IMG/VR virus record: IMGVR_UViG_3300040801_002731
Location: 6,972-70,971 of that record
Length of the DNA stretch: 64,000 nt
Strand: one strand, 5' to 3'
DNA from: a virus
This document shows, piece by piece, positions 8,617-18,543 of the stretch; positions within the stretch are counted from its first letter, which is position 1; each line of letters opens with the position of its first letter. The position numbers and the translations under genes are program-made. The notes under the pieces are model-generated. The model was not told where the DNA came from, ran no database searches, and worked only from the letters and a program-made list of their open reading frames with translations.

Positions 8617-11322
8617 TTAGCGTTGAAGCAGCGCCGCCAGATCATCGTAGCCGCCGATCAGCTCCTCGCGACCGTTCCGCAGTGCGTAAATCTTCGGGAA
8701 CGTCCACTCAGACCGATCAAAGCCACGATGCGTCAGGAAGCTCCGCTTCTGATGATCCGACAGCAGCTCGGCCTTGCGGTAAGGCGCGCCGATGTCATTC
8801 AGCAGAGCCGCTGCCTTGTTGCACCAGCCGCAGTTCGGGATGCTGTAGACCACAAACTCGGGCTCGGCCTTCGCGGAGACCACCTCCGGCTCGTCCGACT
8901 TGAAATCGACCGGGCAGGCCCCGCCGGCACAATCCACATGCTCGAAGCCCACGTCTTCCTGAACGGTCGCGTTCTGGATGGCTTCCGCGATCATCTCAAA
9001 CTGGGCCTTGGTGACAGGCTCCTCCGGCTGATACTCGAACGCCGTGGTGTCGATCTGCGGCATCACCGAGCAGCAGCGGACCTTGAACTGACCGTCGATC
9101 ATACCGTTCACGAACATCGGGAACGACGTCACGGCCGGGTCATACTTCGCCGTGTAGGAGACCTGGTTGCCGGTCTCGGGCAGCAGCGAAAGGTCTTCGT
9201 TGACGCCACGGATCCAGAAGGTCTCCAGCAGGCGCAGATAGCGATACTGCTCGTCCATGGTTGCTTCGCCGGCCGTGACCAGCTTGTCGCCCATGCCCAA
9301 GGTGCAGATCACCGGCTGCGTCGGGAAGCCGACGACGGTCGTGCCGGAGTAGGTGGTCAGCTTCTTCGTCGGATAGCCCTCGGCCCGGTAACGCTCCACC
9401 AGGGGATCGTCATTGCGGAACTGGACCCAGCGGAGATACTCACGCATCGCCGGCAGGTGGGCGCCTTCGGTGAGCCCCATCAGCTTGCTGGTGGTGCCAG
9501 CAGGCTTGATCGTCCGATTGGTGTGAGGAGCGGTCAAACCCAGCTTCGCGCTGTAGCGCTCGGCCTCATCGGACACCGCTCGGGCGAAACGTGCCAGCGT
9601 CATCCACATGGGCATAGCGTCCGGGTGCGGGCGCACCATCGTCTGTCCGTTGGCGTCCATCATCGTCGCGCCGGACGGGTCCTCTGCGATGATGTCCCGG
9701 AAGCCCAGGCCGAAGCGCGCGAAGATCCACTCGTGCAGACCGGTGATGCCCACGCCGATGCGGTTGGTCCGCTTCACCTCGCGCTCGTAGAGGCAGCGCA
9801 TGGTGTTGGTGCGGATCAGAGCGCGCGTGGCCGCGCGGAAGGCGTCTTCGGCATCGTTGTCGCTCTGCGCGTGGAACGGCACCACGTCCGCGATCACGCA
9901 GTAGCCGCCAAGAAGTAGCAGACTCACTTCACCGCAGGGGTTGGTTACATGCTTGTAGGTCATCGCCGCAACGCGCTGCGCAAGCGCGCGGGCCAACGGG
10001 CGAGTTGCCTCCTCAAGCCCATCTTCGCCGCCGAACTTCACAAATGAGCCGTCCAGGTAGTCGGCCAAACCATCCGTCTTTTCGGTCAGGCGATCGACCA
10101 TGATCAGGCCAGGCTCGCCGGTGCGGTCGTAATAGCTTGCCCAGGCGACGGCCGCGAACACGCGCCACGCATGAATGTCCAGGTCGGTCAGGCCATCAGC
10201 GGCCAGGCCCGCCACGAACCAATCTTCGATGTCATCGAAGAAGATCGGCGTTGAGCCGTGAAAGCGCACGTCCAGGGCCTGCTCGAACAAGCCGGCCTCA
10301 ACCAGCATGTCCCGGATCCGCGTCACCCCGTTGCGAAACTCGGCGTCCACGGTCACGCTGTTGTTGGCGCTCCACAGGAAGCCGCCGCGCTTGACCGCGA
10401 TGAAGTCGAAGATGGTCTCGTCGCGCCAGGTCTTGGTCGCCATGCGAGCAGCACGACGGGCACCGCCCACAAGGACGCACTCGGCCAGATAGTGGTCGGC
10501 ATACATGGCGGCGCGCCAGGGCTCCATGCCGGCATCGCGCAGTCGCGCCAGGTTTTCGACCGCCTTCATCATCGGACCAGGCCCGCTCGCCGGGCGGTTC
10601 TGCATCCCCTTGATTGGCGCGCCGTAGGGGCGCACGTCGGAGAAGTCGACCAGCAGCACATGATCTCGCTTGCGCTCGAACGCCATGCGCTCCAGCACCT
10701 CAATGGCCCGAGCCCATCCTTCTCGGCTGTCACCAACGAGGTGATGCACGATTTCCGAGCCGGCATACAGGTGCTCGGCGTCACGGCGGGTCAGGTAGCC
10801 GGAGATGCGCCCGGCCTGAACGTCGGCATGTCCATGCTCGATGATCGGCACCACGATGGGCATGTTGTTCAGATCAGCGATCTCCACCAGGGCGTCGTCA
10901 TAGGCAGTTCCGACGCCGCTCCCGTTCAGCAACAGGCGGTAGGTGAGGCAGCGCATGGCGGAGGTGGAACAGTTGGTGAACACCTCCTGCGGACGACCAG
11001 GCTGCGTTTCGTCCCCGTGTTGCAGGTGCCGGCCGCTCATCAGCAGCGATGCCTGACGCAGATGGTGACGCATGGACAGGCGCTCGGCGTCCTCGGTCGA
11101 GCGCACGGACGGATCGGTGTGATCGCGCAGCAGCGCGGCGTTGCCCAGGGCAACACGTTCGGCAACTTCGGCCCAGGTTTCGTGGCGTTCCCGACCGGTC
11201 CAGTCCTTGATCTTGCGGTTGACGGTGCGATCAGCGACGGCCTGGCCCATGCCGGGGAAATAGGAGCGGGCAGGGGTGTCCGTCACCGATGGGGCGGTGC
11301 TGGGAGGCATCGGATGCTCCAT
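8617..11322 (-). CDS. nrdJ: Class II (AdoCbl-dependent) ribonucleotide reductase with C-terminal glutaredoxin domain
   Basis: NCSTS, VLVGGARRAA, TNPCGE, IKPAGTTS, CAGGACP tail, then YSIPNCGWC...TFPKIY...IGGYDDL. Confidence 0.88.
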   Translation of the reverse strand: MEHPMPPSTAPSVTDTPARSYFPGMGQAVADRTVNRKIKDWTGRERHETWAEVAERVALGNAALLRDHTDPSVRSTEDAERLSMRHHLRQASLLMSGRHLQHGDETQPGRPQEVFTNCSTSAMRCLTYRLLLNGSGVGTAYDDALVEIADLNNMPIVVPIIEHGHADVQAGRISGYLTRRDAEHLYAGSEIVHHLVGDSREGWARAIEVLERMAFERKRDHVLLVDFSDVRPYGAPIKGMQNRPASGPGPMMKAVENLARLRDAGMEPWRAAMYADHYLAECVLVGGARRAARMATKTWRDETIFDFIAVKRGGFLWSANNSVTVDAEFRNGVTRIRDMLVEAGLFEQALDVRFHGSTPIFFDDIEDWFVAGLAADGLTDLDIHAWRVFAAVAWASYYDRTGEPGLIMVDRLTEKTDGLADYLDGSFVKFGGEDGLEEATRPLARALAQRVAAMTYKHVTNPCGEVSLLLLGGYCVIADVVPFHAQSDNDAEDAFRAATRALIRTNTMRCLYEREVKRTNRIGVGITGLHEWIFARFGLGFRDIIAEDPSGATMMDANGQTMVRPHPDAMPMWMTLARFARAVSDEAERYSAKLGLTAPHTNRTIKPAGTTSKLMGLTEGAHLPAMREYLRWVQFRNDDPLVERYRAEGYPTKKLTTYSGTTVVGFPTQPVICTLGMGDKLVTAGEATMDEQYRYLRLLETFWIRGVNEDLSLLPETGNQVSYTAKYDPAVTSFPMFVNGMIDGQFKVRCCSVMPQIDTTAFEYQPEEPVTKAQFEMIAEAIQNATVQEDVGFEHVDCAGGACPVDFKSDEPEVVSAKAEPEFVVYSIPNCGWCNKAAALLNDIGAPYRKAELLSDHQKRSFLTHRGFDRSEWTFPKIYALRNGREELIGGYDDLAALLQR

Positions 11323-11353
11323 GTTTGGAAAGGACGAAGACGACCAGGATAGA

Positions 11354-11371
11354 TCAATCAATTTTGACTTA
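11354..11371. promoter_or_regulatory. Operator copy 4
   Basis: TCAATCA-ATTT-TGACTTA upstream of the RNR gene. Confidence 0.75.
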
Positions 11372-11460
11372 CCAGTCTTGACAGACCACAGCGGCCGTCT
11401 TCGTTGTTTGCTCTATGCTCGATATAGCGCGTTGCGATTGGGCGTGAAGAACATTTTGCG

Positions 11461-12042
11461 TCATGCCGCGCGGGCGATGCCACCAAGAAGGGAAATCGCC
11501 TGACGAAACTCGTCAGTGCGGATGCCGGCGTGGATGATCGCAACGGCATCGGCCAGATGCTCGTTATCATCGGCCAGGTGCATTTCGCCGTTGCGCTTGT
11601 AGCGCTTCCAGGGCGCGGCCGGGAACTTCTCCGTCGCCCAGTCGATGATGTCCTCCTTGCAGGCCCCCTTCTTGCCGGTGGCCGCGAGCTTGGTCTCGAC
11701 CGGCTGAACCTGAATGAGTGGCACAGCGATGCGCCGGAACGTGGTCATGATCCCGACGGCCATGCCGAGGGTCCAGGCGGCCCGGGCGCTCTGAGCACCT
11801 GTTGGGATTTCGACAATGGCGAAAGCTGCGCCGTGTGCCGCCTCAGCCAAGGCGTCGGAGATTTCGTTCGCCCGGCGCAGGTCGTCGGAGTTCTTCCGAA
11901 CCTGCTTGCCTGAGCGGCTTTCGGTTTTGATCAGAACCAGGTCGTCGATCAAAACCGAAAGCGTGGGTAGAACGATCCGTCCCACGGCGATGCCGGTGTT
12001 GCGCACCGACGGATCAACGCCAACGATCTTCAACTCTTTCAT
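11461..12042 (-). CDS. RuvC-like Holliday junction resolvase
   Basis: IVGVDPSVRNTG, IVEIP, ETKLAATG, HLADAVA. Confidence 0.85.
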   Translation of the reverse strand: MKELKIVGVDPSVRNTGIAVGRIVLPTLSVLIDDLVLIKTESRSGKQVRKNSDDLRRANEISDALAEAAHGAAFAIVEIPTGAQSARAAWTLGMAVGIMTTFRRIAVPLIQVQPVETKLAATGKKGACKEDIIDWATEKFPAAPWKRYKRNGEMHLADDNEHLADAVAIIHAGIRTDEFRQAISLLGGIARAA

Positions 12043-12053
12043 GCGGTTTGTCC

Positions 12054-12533
12054 TCAAAACGAGCCCCAGACGGGCATGTCCACATACCCGGCTTTGCGGG
12101 CTTCTTCCTCTTGTCGCTTTGCCTCCTCGGCTGCCTTGCGCTCCTGCTCCAGACGCTCGCGGACGACCTTCTTGGCTGCCTTCTTGGCCTCGCCCAGAGA
12201 GGTGCCAAGAAGACGCTCAAACCACGCTTCGGCGCCGTCGATGGTCTTCAGAACCTCGTTGTCCTTCAGTTCGATGAAGTCATAGTCGGCCGCGTCGACC
12301 GGCTCGAACCGCAACAGCAGCTTATTGCTGTCCAGTTCACCGAGAATCGCAGCCTCCTTAAAGAAGAACTCCTCGTCGCCCCTGAGTGCGACCCGGCGAC
12401 TCTTTTCTGAATCCGCATCGCGCTTGATGGCCGCTGCCTTGTAAGGCCCGACAAGACGCAGAACTTGGTCGTGCGACGCCTCATTCAGTCGGCAGGCGAC
12501 CTCCTTCATTGCTTCGAGCGCTTCCGTCGTCAC
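12054..12533 (-). CDS. Hypothetical protein ending in PVWGSF
   Basis: GAGG RBS and GTG start; charged C-terminal helix. Confidence 0.75.
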   Translation of the reverse strand: MTTEALEAMKEVACRLNEASHDQVLRLVGPYKAAAIKRDADSEKSRRVALRGDEEFFFKEAAILGELDSNKLLLRFEPVDAADYDFIELKDNEVLKTIDGAEAWFERLLGTSLGEAKKAAKKVVRERLEQERKAAEEAKRQEEEARKAGYVDMPVWGSF

Positions 12534-12547
12534 GTCTCACCTCGCAA

Positions 12548-12565
12548 ACAATCAATCTTGATTGA
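12548..12565. promoter_or_regulatory. Operator copy 5
   Basis: ACAATCA-ATCT-TGATTGA, just downstream of GCTATA at 12569-12574. Confidence 0.75.
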
Positions 12566-12775
12566 TTATATAGCACATGCGTTATGGACGCGCAGTGCTC
12601 TGTTGATCTGAGCCTGGATGTTCAACAACGCCCGCTGGTCGGACGGCGTGGAGGGCACAAATATGGTCTGGCCGTCCGGCGAGGTCCATTTGGTGTGCTT
12701 GCGCCCTTTCGTGATGACCCAGCCGGATCGTCGGTATTCTCGTGCCATCTTGGCAAGATCCTTGCGAACACTCAT
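12566..12775 (-). CDS. HicA-like (dsRBD-fold) small protein
   Basis: GWVITKGRKHTKWTSPDGQTIFVPSTPSD; ATGA-coupled to the SbcC-like gene. Confidence 0.6.
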   Translation of the reverse strand: MSVRKDLAKMAREYRRSGWVITKGRKHTKWTSPDGQTIFVPSTPSDQRALLNIQAQINRALRVHNACAI

Positions 12776-14730
12776 GCGGCGTCCTCCTCGATTGTAGACA
12801 GGCCGCCGCGCTTGGTGACCGTCATCACCTGAGAGATCCAATCGCGCAGCGAGTTGTGGCTGATCACCAGCACCGAGCCACGCTCGCGCGCCTTCTCCTC
12901 CAGCACGCTCATGAGCCGCTCCAGGCCCGCCGCATCCAGGGCGTCGTCGATCTCGTCACCAAAGAACAGCTCGATGGGCTTGATCGCTCGGCTTGCCACC
13001 AGATCCTGAAGGGCGAGGGCGCACGCGATCCGCACCTTGCGCTTCTCGCCTCCTGAGAGGGCCGCGAAGCTGTCGCCGCCGACGTCATTGGCGACCTCAA
13101 TCTGAAACTTCTCGCGTAGATCGCCCTTCGCGGTGCGGGTCAAAGTGGTCCAGTTGGCGTTGATGCGCCCATCCGACAGCGTGCCCAGATAAACCGCCGT
13201 GCGGTCATTCAGGAACGGCGTCACGGAGTCCAGGATATGCGCGCGCACGCCGCCCGGCCCGAACACCTTGACCGTGGCCTCTGCGATCTCGACCTGCTTC
13301 TGGCGGGCCGGCAGATCGACGTCTTCGAGCGCCTGAATCTTCCGGGCGATATCCTCGCACTCGCTCTCCATCTTGCTGACCTGCGCCGTGTAGGGATTGG
13401 CTTCGGTCTTCTTCGTCTCGATGTCAGTCTTCAGGCGCTTTGCGTCCCGGACAGCCAGATCGTGCCGGCGAACCAGATCGTCGATGGCGTCGAGGGAGCG
13501 CTTCAGATCGTCTCTGAGCGCGTTCAGGGATGAGACTGACGTCATGCTCGCACGATGAGCTTCCAACGCATCAGTGACGCTCTGAGCGCGTTTTTCAGCG
13601 TCTTCCGTCGTCGTCTTCTGTGTGTTGAAGCGATCAAGCGCAGCGCGCAGCTTGTCGGCGGCAAGACGGCGGGCTTCGGCCAGGTCATCAGCCTCATAGG
13701 CACGCCCGCATTCGCCGCAGGGCGCACCGACACGACCGTCGATGCCGTCCAGGTCCGCCTTCAGCCGGCGCGCTTCGTCACGGGCCGTGCTCAGGCGCGC
13801 GGTCTCCTGGGCGACCACTCGATCAACCTTCGCCTTCTCGTCGATCAGCCGGCGCTCCTCGACATGCTCATGCTCCACGGCCGCCAGCCGAGCATCGGTG
13901 TCGGCAATTTCGGCTTCGATGCCGGCCCGGTCGCGGGCGGCGATGTCGGCCTGAAGGTTGCGGATCGTGGCAACGACCGACTTCGCCTCGATCTGAAGAC
14001 GCTTGACGGCTTCGACGCGCGCCGTCTCGAAGGCGGTCTGGCTGCGCTTGGTTTCTTCCAGATCGCCACGGCGCTCATCCAGGCGCATTCGCATCCGGCT
14101 GAGATCCGCTTCGATCTTGGCAAGCTCGCCCTTCTCAGCCACCAGCACGCTGCGGGCGATGTCGTAAGCCTGCTCCAGCAGCGTGATGCCCGACGCTTCC
14201 TCGACCAACAGCTTGAGTTGCTTGTCGGTCATCGCCGGCAGGTCCGGCATCTGCTCCTGACCGGCGTAGACCGCTGCCCGGAAGACCTCGTAGGAGCAAC
14301 CGATCACCCGCTCGACCTCGACCTGGGTGAGTTTGTCGGTGCCTTTGGTCAGATCGGTGGCGTGTAGCGCGGGCGCACCATGCTCATCCAAATCCCAGCG
14401 GAGGAGCTGAAGGCTGTTCTTGCCGGTCTTGTGCTTGCGATGTCGGGTGACGCGGTAGACGGCGGCACCATCCTCGATCAGCACGGAGACGAGGGTGGAC
14501 TTGCCGACCGTCCGGTTGACGACAGCATCGCCCGAAACGCCTCGCGCTGTGGTGCCGAACAAGCACCAGCAGAGGGCATCAGCGACGGTGGACTTGCCGG
14601 ATCCGTTGCTGTCTGCGGAAGGATCATCGCCATTGACGCCCTGAATGAGAACAAGGCCGCGATCGGCGAGGTGAATCGTGGCCTCGCCGATCGCCAGGAA
14701 GTTCTCGATGGTGAGAGTTTTGAACTGCAT
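12772..14730 (-). CDS. SbcC/Rad50/gp46-like SMC ATPase
   Basis: NGSGKST Walker A, coiled coil with CGEC hook, LSGGE signature, DEIDDALD Walker B. Confidence 0.93.
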   Translation of the reverse strand: MQFKTLTIENFLAIGEATIHLADRGLVLIQGVNGDDPSADSNGSGKSTVADALCWCLFGTTARGVSGDAVVNRTVGKSTLVSVLIEDGAAVYRVTRHRKHKTGKNSLQLLRWDLDEHGAPALHATDLTKGTDKLTQVEVERVIGCSYEVFRAAVYAGQEQMPDLPAMTDKQLKLLVEEASGITLLEQAYDIARSVLVAEKGELAKIEADLSRMRMRLDERRGDLEETKRSQTAFETARVEAVKRLQIEAKSVVATIRNLQADIAARDRAGIEAEIADTDARLAAVEHEHVEERRLIDEKAKVDRVVAQETARLSTARDEARRLKADLDGIDGRVGAPCGECGRAYEADDLAEARRLAADKLRAALDRFNTQKTTTEDAEKRAQSVTDALEAHRASMTSVSSLNALRDDLKRSLDAIDDLVRRHDLAVRDAKRLKTDIETKKTEANPYTAQVSKMESECEDIARKIQALEDVDLPARQKQVEIAEATVKVFGPGGVRAHILDSVTPFLNDRTAVYLGTLSDGRINANWTTLTRTAKGDLREKFQIEVANDVGGDSFAALSGGEKRKVRIACALALQDLVASRAIKPIELFFGDEIDDALDAAGLERLMSVLEEKARERGSVLVISHNSLRDWISQVMTVTKRGGLSTIEEDAA

Positions 14731-14732
14731 GG

Positions 14733-15137
14733 TCAGCCTTTCAGCTCCTCGATCAGCTCGTCGACCTTCCGCAGCTCCGCTTCGTCAGCGAGGTGCTTGT
14801 GAACACGGGCGCGCAGGTAGACAAGCGCCTCGATGATGCGCTGCTTCCGCGGTGCTGAAGCGCCAGAGTCCTCACGATGCGCCCAGGTGGCAAAGCTCTG
14901 AAGCGACAGGCTGCCCAGGCTTCCAATACCCGAGCCACGAATCTGCCGGTAAATAACGAAGCGATCGCCCGTAGCACACATCGGCGCATACACACGCTCG
15001 CCATCGACGGTGTAACGACCGAGCCGCATATCCTCTTGCAGCCGCTCCGTCATTTCTTCGATCTTGACGACCTCGCGAGCCGTGTTGCCTGTCTTGTTGC
15101 AGTAGGTCGTCCCGACCTGAATGAGATCCTTCTTCAT
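14733..15137 (-). CDS. Hypothetical protein
   Basis: ATGA overlap with the upstream gene; tight packing. Confidence 0.7.
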   Translation of the reverse strand: MKKDLIQVGTTYCNKTGNTAREVVKIEEMTERLQEDMRLGRYTVDGERVYAPMCATGDRFVIYRQIRGSGIGSLGSLSLQSFATWAHREDSGASAPRKQRIIEALVYLRARVHKHLADEAELRKVDELIEELKG

Positions 15138-15487
15138 GCTGCCCTCATAGCTTCGTTGATGGCGTCGGCGTAGGTGGCGCGGCGCGCCTTGTCGGCGGCG
15201 TGATCAGCGGCTGAGCGTTTCGATTTGGTGCCCTTGCGCGCGGCCGTATGGCCGTGCCCCTTGCCGACTTTCACCTTGTTGCGGCGGCCGCTTTCCTGGC
15301 GTTCCTGACGAATGATCGTCACCTCGTTGTCAGGAAACTGGCGCTTGTAGCCGAGGGCCGTCGGGTAGGGCAGGGAGGTGTAGGTCTCCTCGACCAACTC
15401 GACCCGCTCGCCGATGCGTCGCCCTTTGTCGTCATAGCGGACGATGATGATCTTCCGCTTCAGCCGGACGGTGTAGAGATCACTCAC
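15134..15487 (-). CDS. Basic hypothetical protein
   Basis: AGGAGG RBS and GTG start. Confidence 0.7.
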   Translation of the reverse strand: MSDLYTVRLKRKIIIVRYDDKGRRIGERVELVEETYTSLPYPTALGYKRQFPDNEVTIIRQERQESGRRNKVKVGKGHGHTAARKGTKSKRSAADHAADKARRATYADAINEAMRAA

Positions 15488-15571
15488 GATGTCCTCCTTT
15501 CGTTCTGTCGCGCTTTCGTGTTTTCGCGCATTCTCTTTGTAGCGAATGCGCGAAGGACGATCGGCTGGGAA

Positions 15572-16642
15572 TCACTCGGCGTCGGCACGCTCACGCACCT
15601 GGCGCAGAACATCCGCGCACAGGGCGTTCACAGCGGCTTCGTGCGGGTGGGCCAAGGTGCGCACATAATCGGAGACGGAGGCGTCGAGCGTGGCACCGGT
15701 CTTGATCGTGGCACCGGTGCGGGTGGTGCTGGGCGCCCGAGCTGCCTGGATCACGACACCGGCAGCGCCCATGTCGTCGAGGCCCTGCCGGATCTCCTTC
15801 TCCTGCGCCGGCGTGATGGTCTCGTAGCGGACGCGCACATAGTTGCCGTCCACCTTGAGGGCGAGCGTGGCTTCGTCAGCGACGTCTTCCTCACCGACCT
15901 CAATGAACTTCGGCGCCCGGCTGGCCCGGTAATTCACGAAGTCGTCCACCAGCAGGAAGCCCGCCTTTGAGCCGATGTCCCGCCAGGTCTGATGAGTCAA
16001 GGCGCCGACGGAGAACACGCCCGGCCCGGTGTTGGCGTGGTTGTGAAAGTGACCGGAGAAGACCCGGCGAAAACCCCAATCCGCAACCTCGGCCGGATCG
16101 AGGGCGTTGTCGAAGACCTCGGGCAACGAGCCATTGATCGGCGCGTGGATGATCAGGTCCATCGTGCCGACGCTATGCTCGGCCGCCAGAGTGGCGACGT
16201 CGGCGCGAAGGCCGTCCAGAGTCGCGCGCCAGGGGATCATCGCCACGCCATGATCGTCCACGTCGACGATGCTCGGCTTGGTGATGACGGTGAAGCCGGG
16301 CAGATCGCCGAGGACCTGAATGGCGTTGCCCAGCTCTGTCGTGTCGTTGCTCTTGAGGTCGTGGTTGCCGGGAATGGCGAAGTAGCGCACCCCCTTGCGG
16401 ACTTGCGTCTTGATGGTCTCCACGACCGGGTTCAGCACACTAGGGTCGACCGACCCGCGGACGTGGAACAGGTCGCCAGCAAAGAAGATCGTGTTGCCGC
16501 CGGCCGCCAGAACCTCGTCGGCCTGGCGCGCCAGCTCGGACAGGATCATGTCGAGCCGGGAGTTGACCCCGGTCGAGAGCGTGGTCGAGAAGGCGGACCA
16601 GTTGTTGGCGTGCTGATCCGACGAGATCGAGAAGGGCTGCAT
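15572..16642 (-). CDS. SbcD/Mre11/gp47-like metallophosphoesterase nuclease
   Basis: SDQH, AGDLFH, GNHD and SGHFH motifs; GGAG RBS before ATG 16642. Confidence 0.92.
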   Translation of the reverse strand: MQPFSISSDQHANNWSAFSTTLSTGVNSRLDMILSELARQADEVLAAGGNTIFFAGDLFHVRGSVDPSVLNPVVETIKTQVRKGVRYFAIPGNHDLKSNDTTELGNAIQVLGDLPGFTVITKPSIVDVDDHGVAMIPWRATLDGLRADVATLAAEHSVGTMDLIIHAPINGSLPEVFDNALDPAEVADWGFRRVFSGHFHNHANTGPGVFSVGALTHQTWRDIGSKAGFLLVDDFVNYRASRAPKFIEVGEEDVADEATLALKVDGNYVRVRYETITPAQEKEIRQGLDDMGAAGVVIQAARAPSTTRTGATIKTGATLDASVSDYVRTLAHPHEAAVNALCADVLRQVRERADAE

Positions 16643-16649
16643 GGTCACT

Positions 16650-16667
16650 CCAGTCAACTTTGATTGA
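16650..16667. promoter_or_regulatory. Operator copy 6
   Basis: CCAGTCA-ACTT-TGATTGA adjacent to the RBS. Confidence 0.75.
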
Positions 16668-16681
16668 TTCAAAGGTCGCGC

Positions 16682-18031
16682 CTAAGCGGCGCGACTCAAA
16701 CCAAAGCCGAAGATGCTCCGGCGCGTTTCGATCTTCTGCTCCGCCTTTTGTTCCGACTGCTTGATCAGCCGAATCTGCGTGTTGATGGTTTGAAGGATCT
16801 TGTCATCAAGCCGTTCTGCGATCTCCTCCAACGCCGCTTCGTTGTGCTTCGGCATGGCCTGAATAGCCTCCATCAAGCGATCAAGCCCGCCGCGAATTTC
16901 GTCCAGTTCGTGACGCTGTGCGCCCAAAGCCTTGCCCAGACGCTTGTGTTCGTCCTGGACGGCAACCTTCGTTTCGCGGGCGTTTTCCCGGACGTGATAT
17001 TCAATGCTGTCGACCGCCTTCGTCAGCCGCTCATCCAGCTCTCCCACCCGGTCGAGCAGGCCCGTCATCTGCTCTTCCAAGCAGATAACAGACTCCTCCA
17101 CCTTGCCCACAGTGGAACCAACAATCTCCAGCATCTCCGCCATTTCGTCCTGGCGAGTCTGCATGGCTTCCAGGAAGTCCCAGGCGCGCTTCTTTCCGGC
17201 GGTCTCATCACTCGGTCGTGTGGTGTCTGGGGCCGGCACTGTTGTCTCGGAGTTTTCCGTCGGAAGTGACCGAACAACCTCCGTCGCAACCGCCTGAAAC
17301 GCCTGCTTGATCACAGGCATAGCTTTGACCAGACCGCTCTCGTTTGTCGGCCGAAACCTGTCGAGATAGTTTTGAATCTCCGGCACCATCTTCAAAATGA
17401 TCGACAGCGAAAGATACCGCTTGCCGTTAATAAGATATCCGGCGCCGTGCGGCCTCTGGGCACTGTTAATCTGGCCCCGGAGCTTGCCCAAGGCCACGCG
17501 ATCCGCCACGCGATCCGCTTCGTTACCTGCCGCCATAATCGCTTTTGCGAAAGAAGCCCGAGACAGCATCACCACTCCCGCGACGTGCATAAACTCAAGC
17601 GAAACATCACCGAAGATCGGATGCTTGCACAAGTAGACAAAGTTTTGCGGCTCTTCGCCATCAATGGCAACTTTCTCAACAGAAACAGCGGTAGTCGTCT
17701 GCTCGACAGGCGCGGTCTGCTCCATGTTTTCTTTTTCATCCTTTTTGCGAGCGTTAATATAGGAATGCACCCTAGAGCGAAGCTCGGTCATATTCTTGTG
17801 GTCGCCGACAAAGGAAATCAGGCTCTCGATCTGATCGGTGGGAATGACCCAGCGGGGTCGGTTTTTGAATGTCACCTTGAAGCCGAGACCAGTCTTTTCG
17901 TTGGCAAACTGGATCGCATTGTTGCGGACAAAATCATCCACCCCCATTGCCTTGAGGATGTCGATCGCAAATGCGCATTCTGCGCCATCAACCTCGAAGG
18001 TTTTAATTTCTTCCGAGACACTCGCGTTCAT
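16682..18031 (-). CDS. Possible Bro-N-like antirepressor with C-terminal coiled coil
   Basis: GGAGG RBS before ATG 18031; TFEVDGAECAFAIDILKAMG resembles Bro-N; long heptad C-terminus. Confidence 0.45.
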   Translation of the reverse strand: MNASVSEEIKTFEVDGAECAFAIDILKAMGVDDFVRNNAIQFANEKTGLGFKVTFKNRPRWVIPTDQIESLISFVGDHKNMTELRSRVHSYINARKKDEKENMEQTAPVEQTTTAVSVEKVAIDGEEPQNFVYLCKHPIFGDVSLEFMHVAGVVMLSRASFAKAIMAAGNEADRVADRVALGKLRGQINSAQRPHGAGYLINGKRYLSLSIILKMVPEIQNYLDRFRPTNESGLVKAMPVIKQAFQAVATEVVRSLPTENSETTVPAPDTTRPSDETAGKKRAWDFLEAMQTRQDEMAEMLEIVGSTVGKVEESVICLEEQMTGLLDRVGELDERLTKAVDSIEYHVRENARETKVAVQDEHKRLGKALGAQRHELDEIRGGLDRLMEAIQAMPKHNEAALEEIAERLDDKILQTINTQIRLIKQSEQKAEQKIETRRSIFGFGLSRAA

Positions 18032-18059
18032 TATCATCGCCTCCGTGCAGCGCTCAAAG

Positions 18060-18077
18060 TCAATCAACTCTGACTGA
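18060..18077. promoter_or_regulatory. Operator copy 7
   Basis: TCAATCA-ACTC-TGACTGA, 9 nt downstream of GCTATA at 18087-18092. Confidence 0.8.
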
Positions 18078-18132
18078 CACGATTTTTATAGCGATGTCAG
18101 CACGGCAGAGCGATTGGCATTTCGATGGGGAA

Positions 18133-18543
18133 TTAGGCTTTGAAACTGGCCCGGCCGCCGCGGCGCCGGAAGTATTGCAGCGGCAGATAGCGCTGAAGGG
18201 CGCCGCCGCGCGTCTCGTAGTTGAGAACCTTGGCTTTCTTCTTGTCGAAGAACCAGGACAGGTCGGTCAGGAACCGCTCGCCGGTCTCGCGCACCATGAC
18301 GCCGGCATAGCGGATGCCCTGCGCGCGCATCTGGATCAGGGTCTCCTCGTCCAGAGCCCAGGCAGCCACCCCCTTGTCGATGGCCGCTGCGATGCTGGGC
18401 TCGCCGGCCCGAAAGACCTCCCGGATCCGGCGATGCGCCATGTAGACCTTGAGGCCGTCGGGCCAGATGTAGATCGCCCCGTAGTGCCGACGGCCTCGCT
18501 TCACAGGGACGACCTTGATTTCCTTCTTCGGCTTACGCGCCAT
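18133..18543 (-). CDS. Conserved-type phage hypothetical protein (basic)
   Basis: MARKPKK start; overlaps the upstream stop. Confidence 0.7.
   Translation of the reverse strand: MARKPKKEIKVVPVKRGRRHYGAIYIWPDGLKVYMAHRRIREVFRAGEPSIAAAIDKGVAAWALDEETLIQMRAQGIRYAGVMVRETGERFLTDLSWFFDKKKAKVLNYETRGGALQRYLPLQYFRRRGGRASFKA

Noticed and set aside
15572-18031. The TAG at 16682-16684 is in frame with the downstream SbcD-like gene, so a read-through fusion is possible
   Set aside because: The SbcD-like gene has its own GGAG RBS and ATG (16642) and an operator in the junction; an in-frame arrangement has a one-in-three chance.
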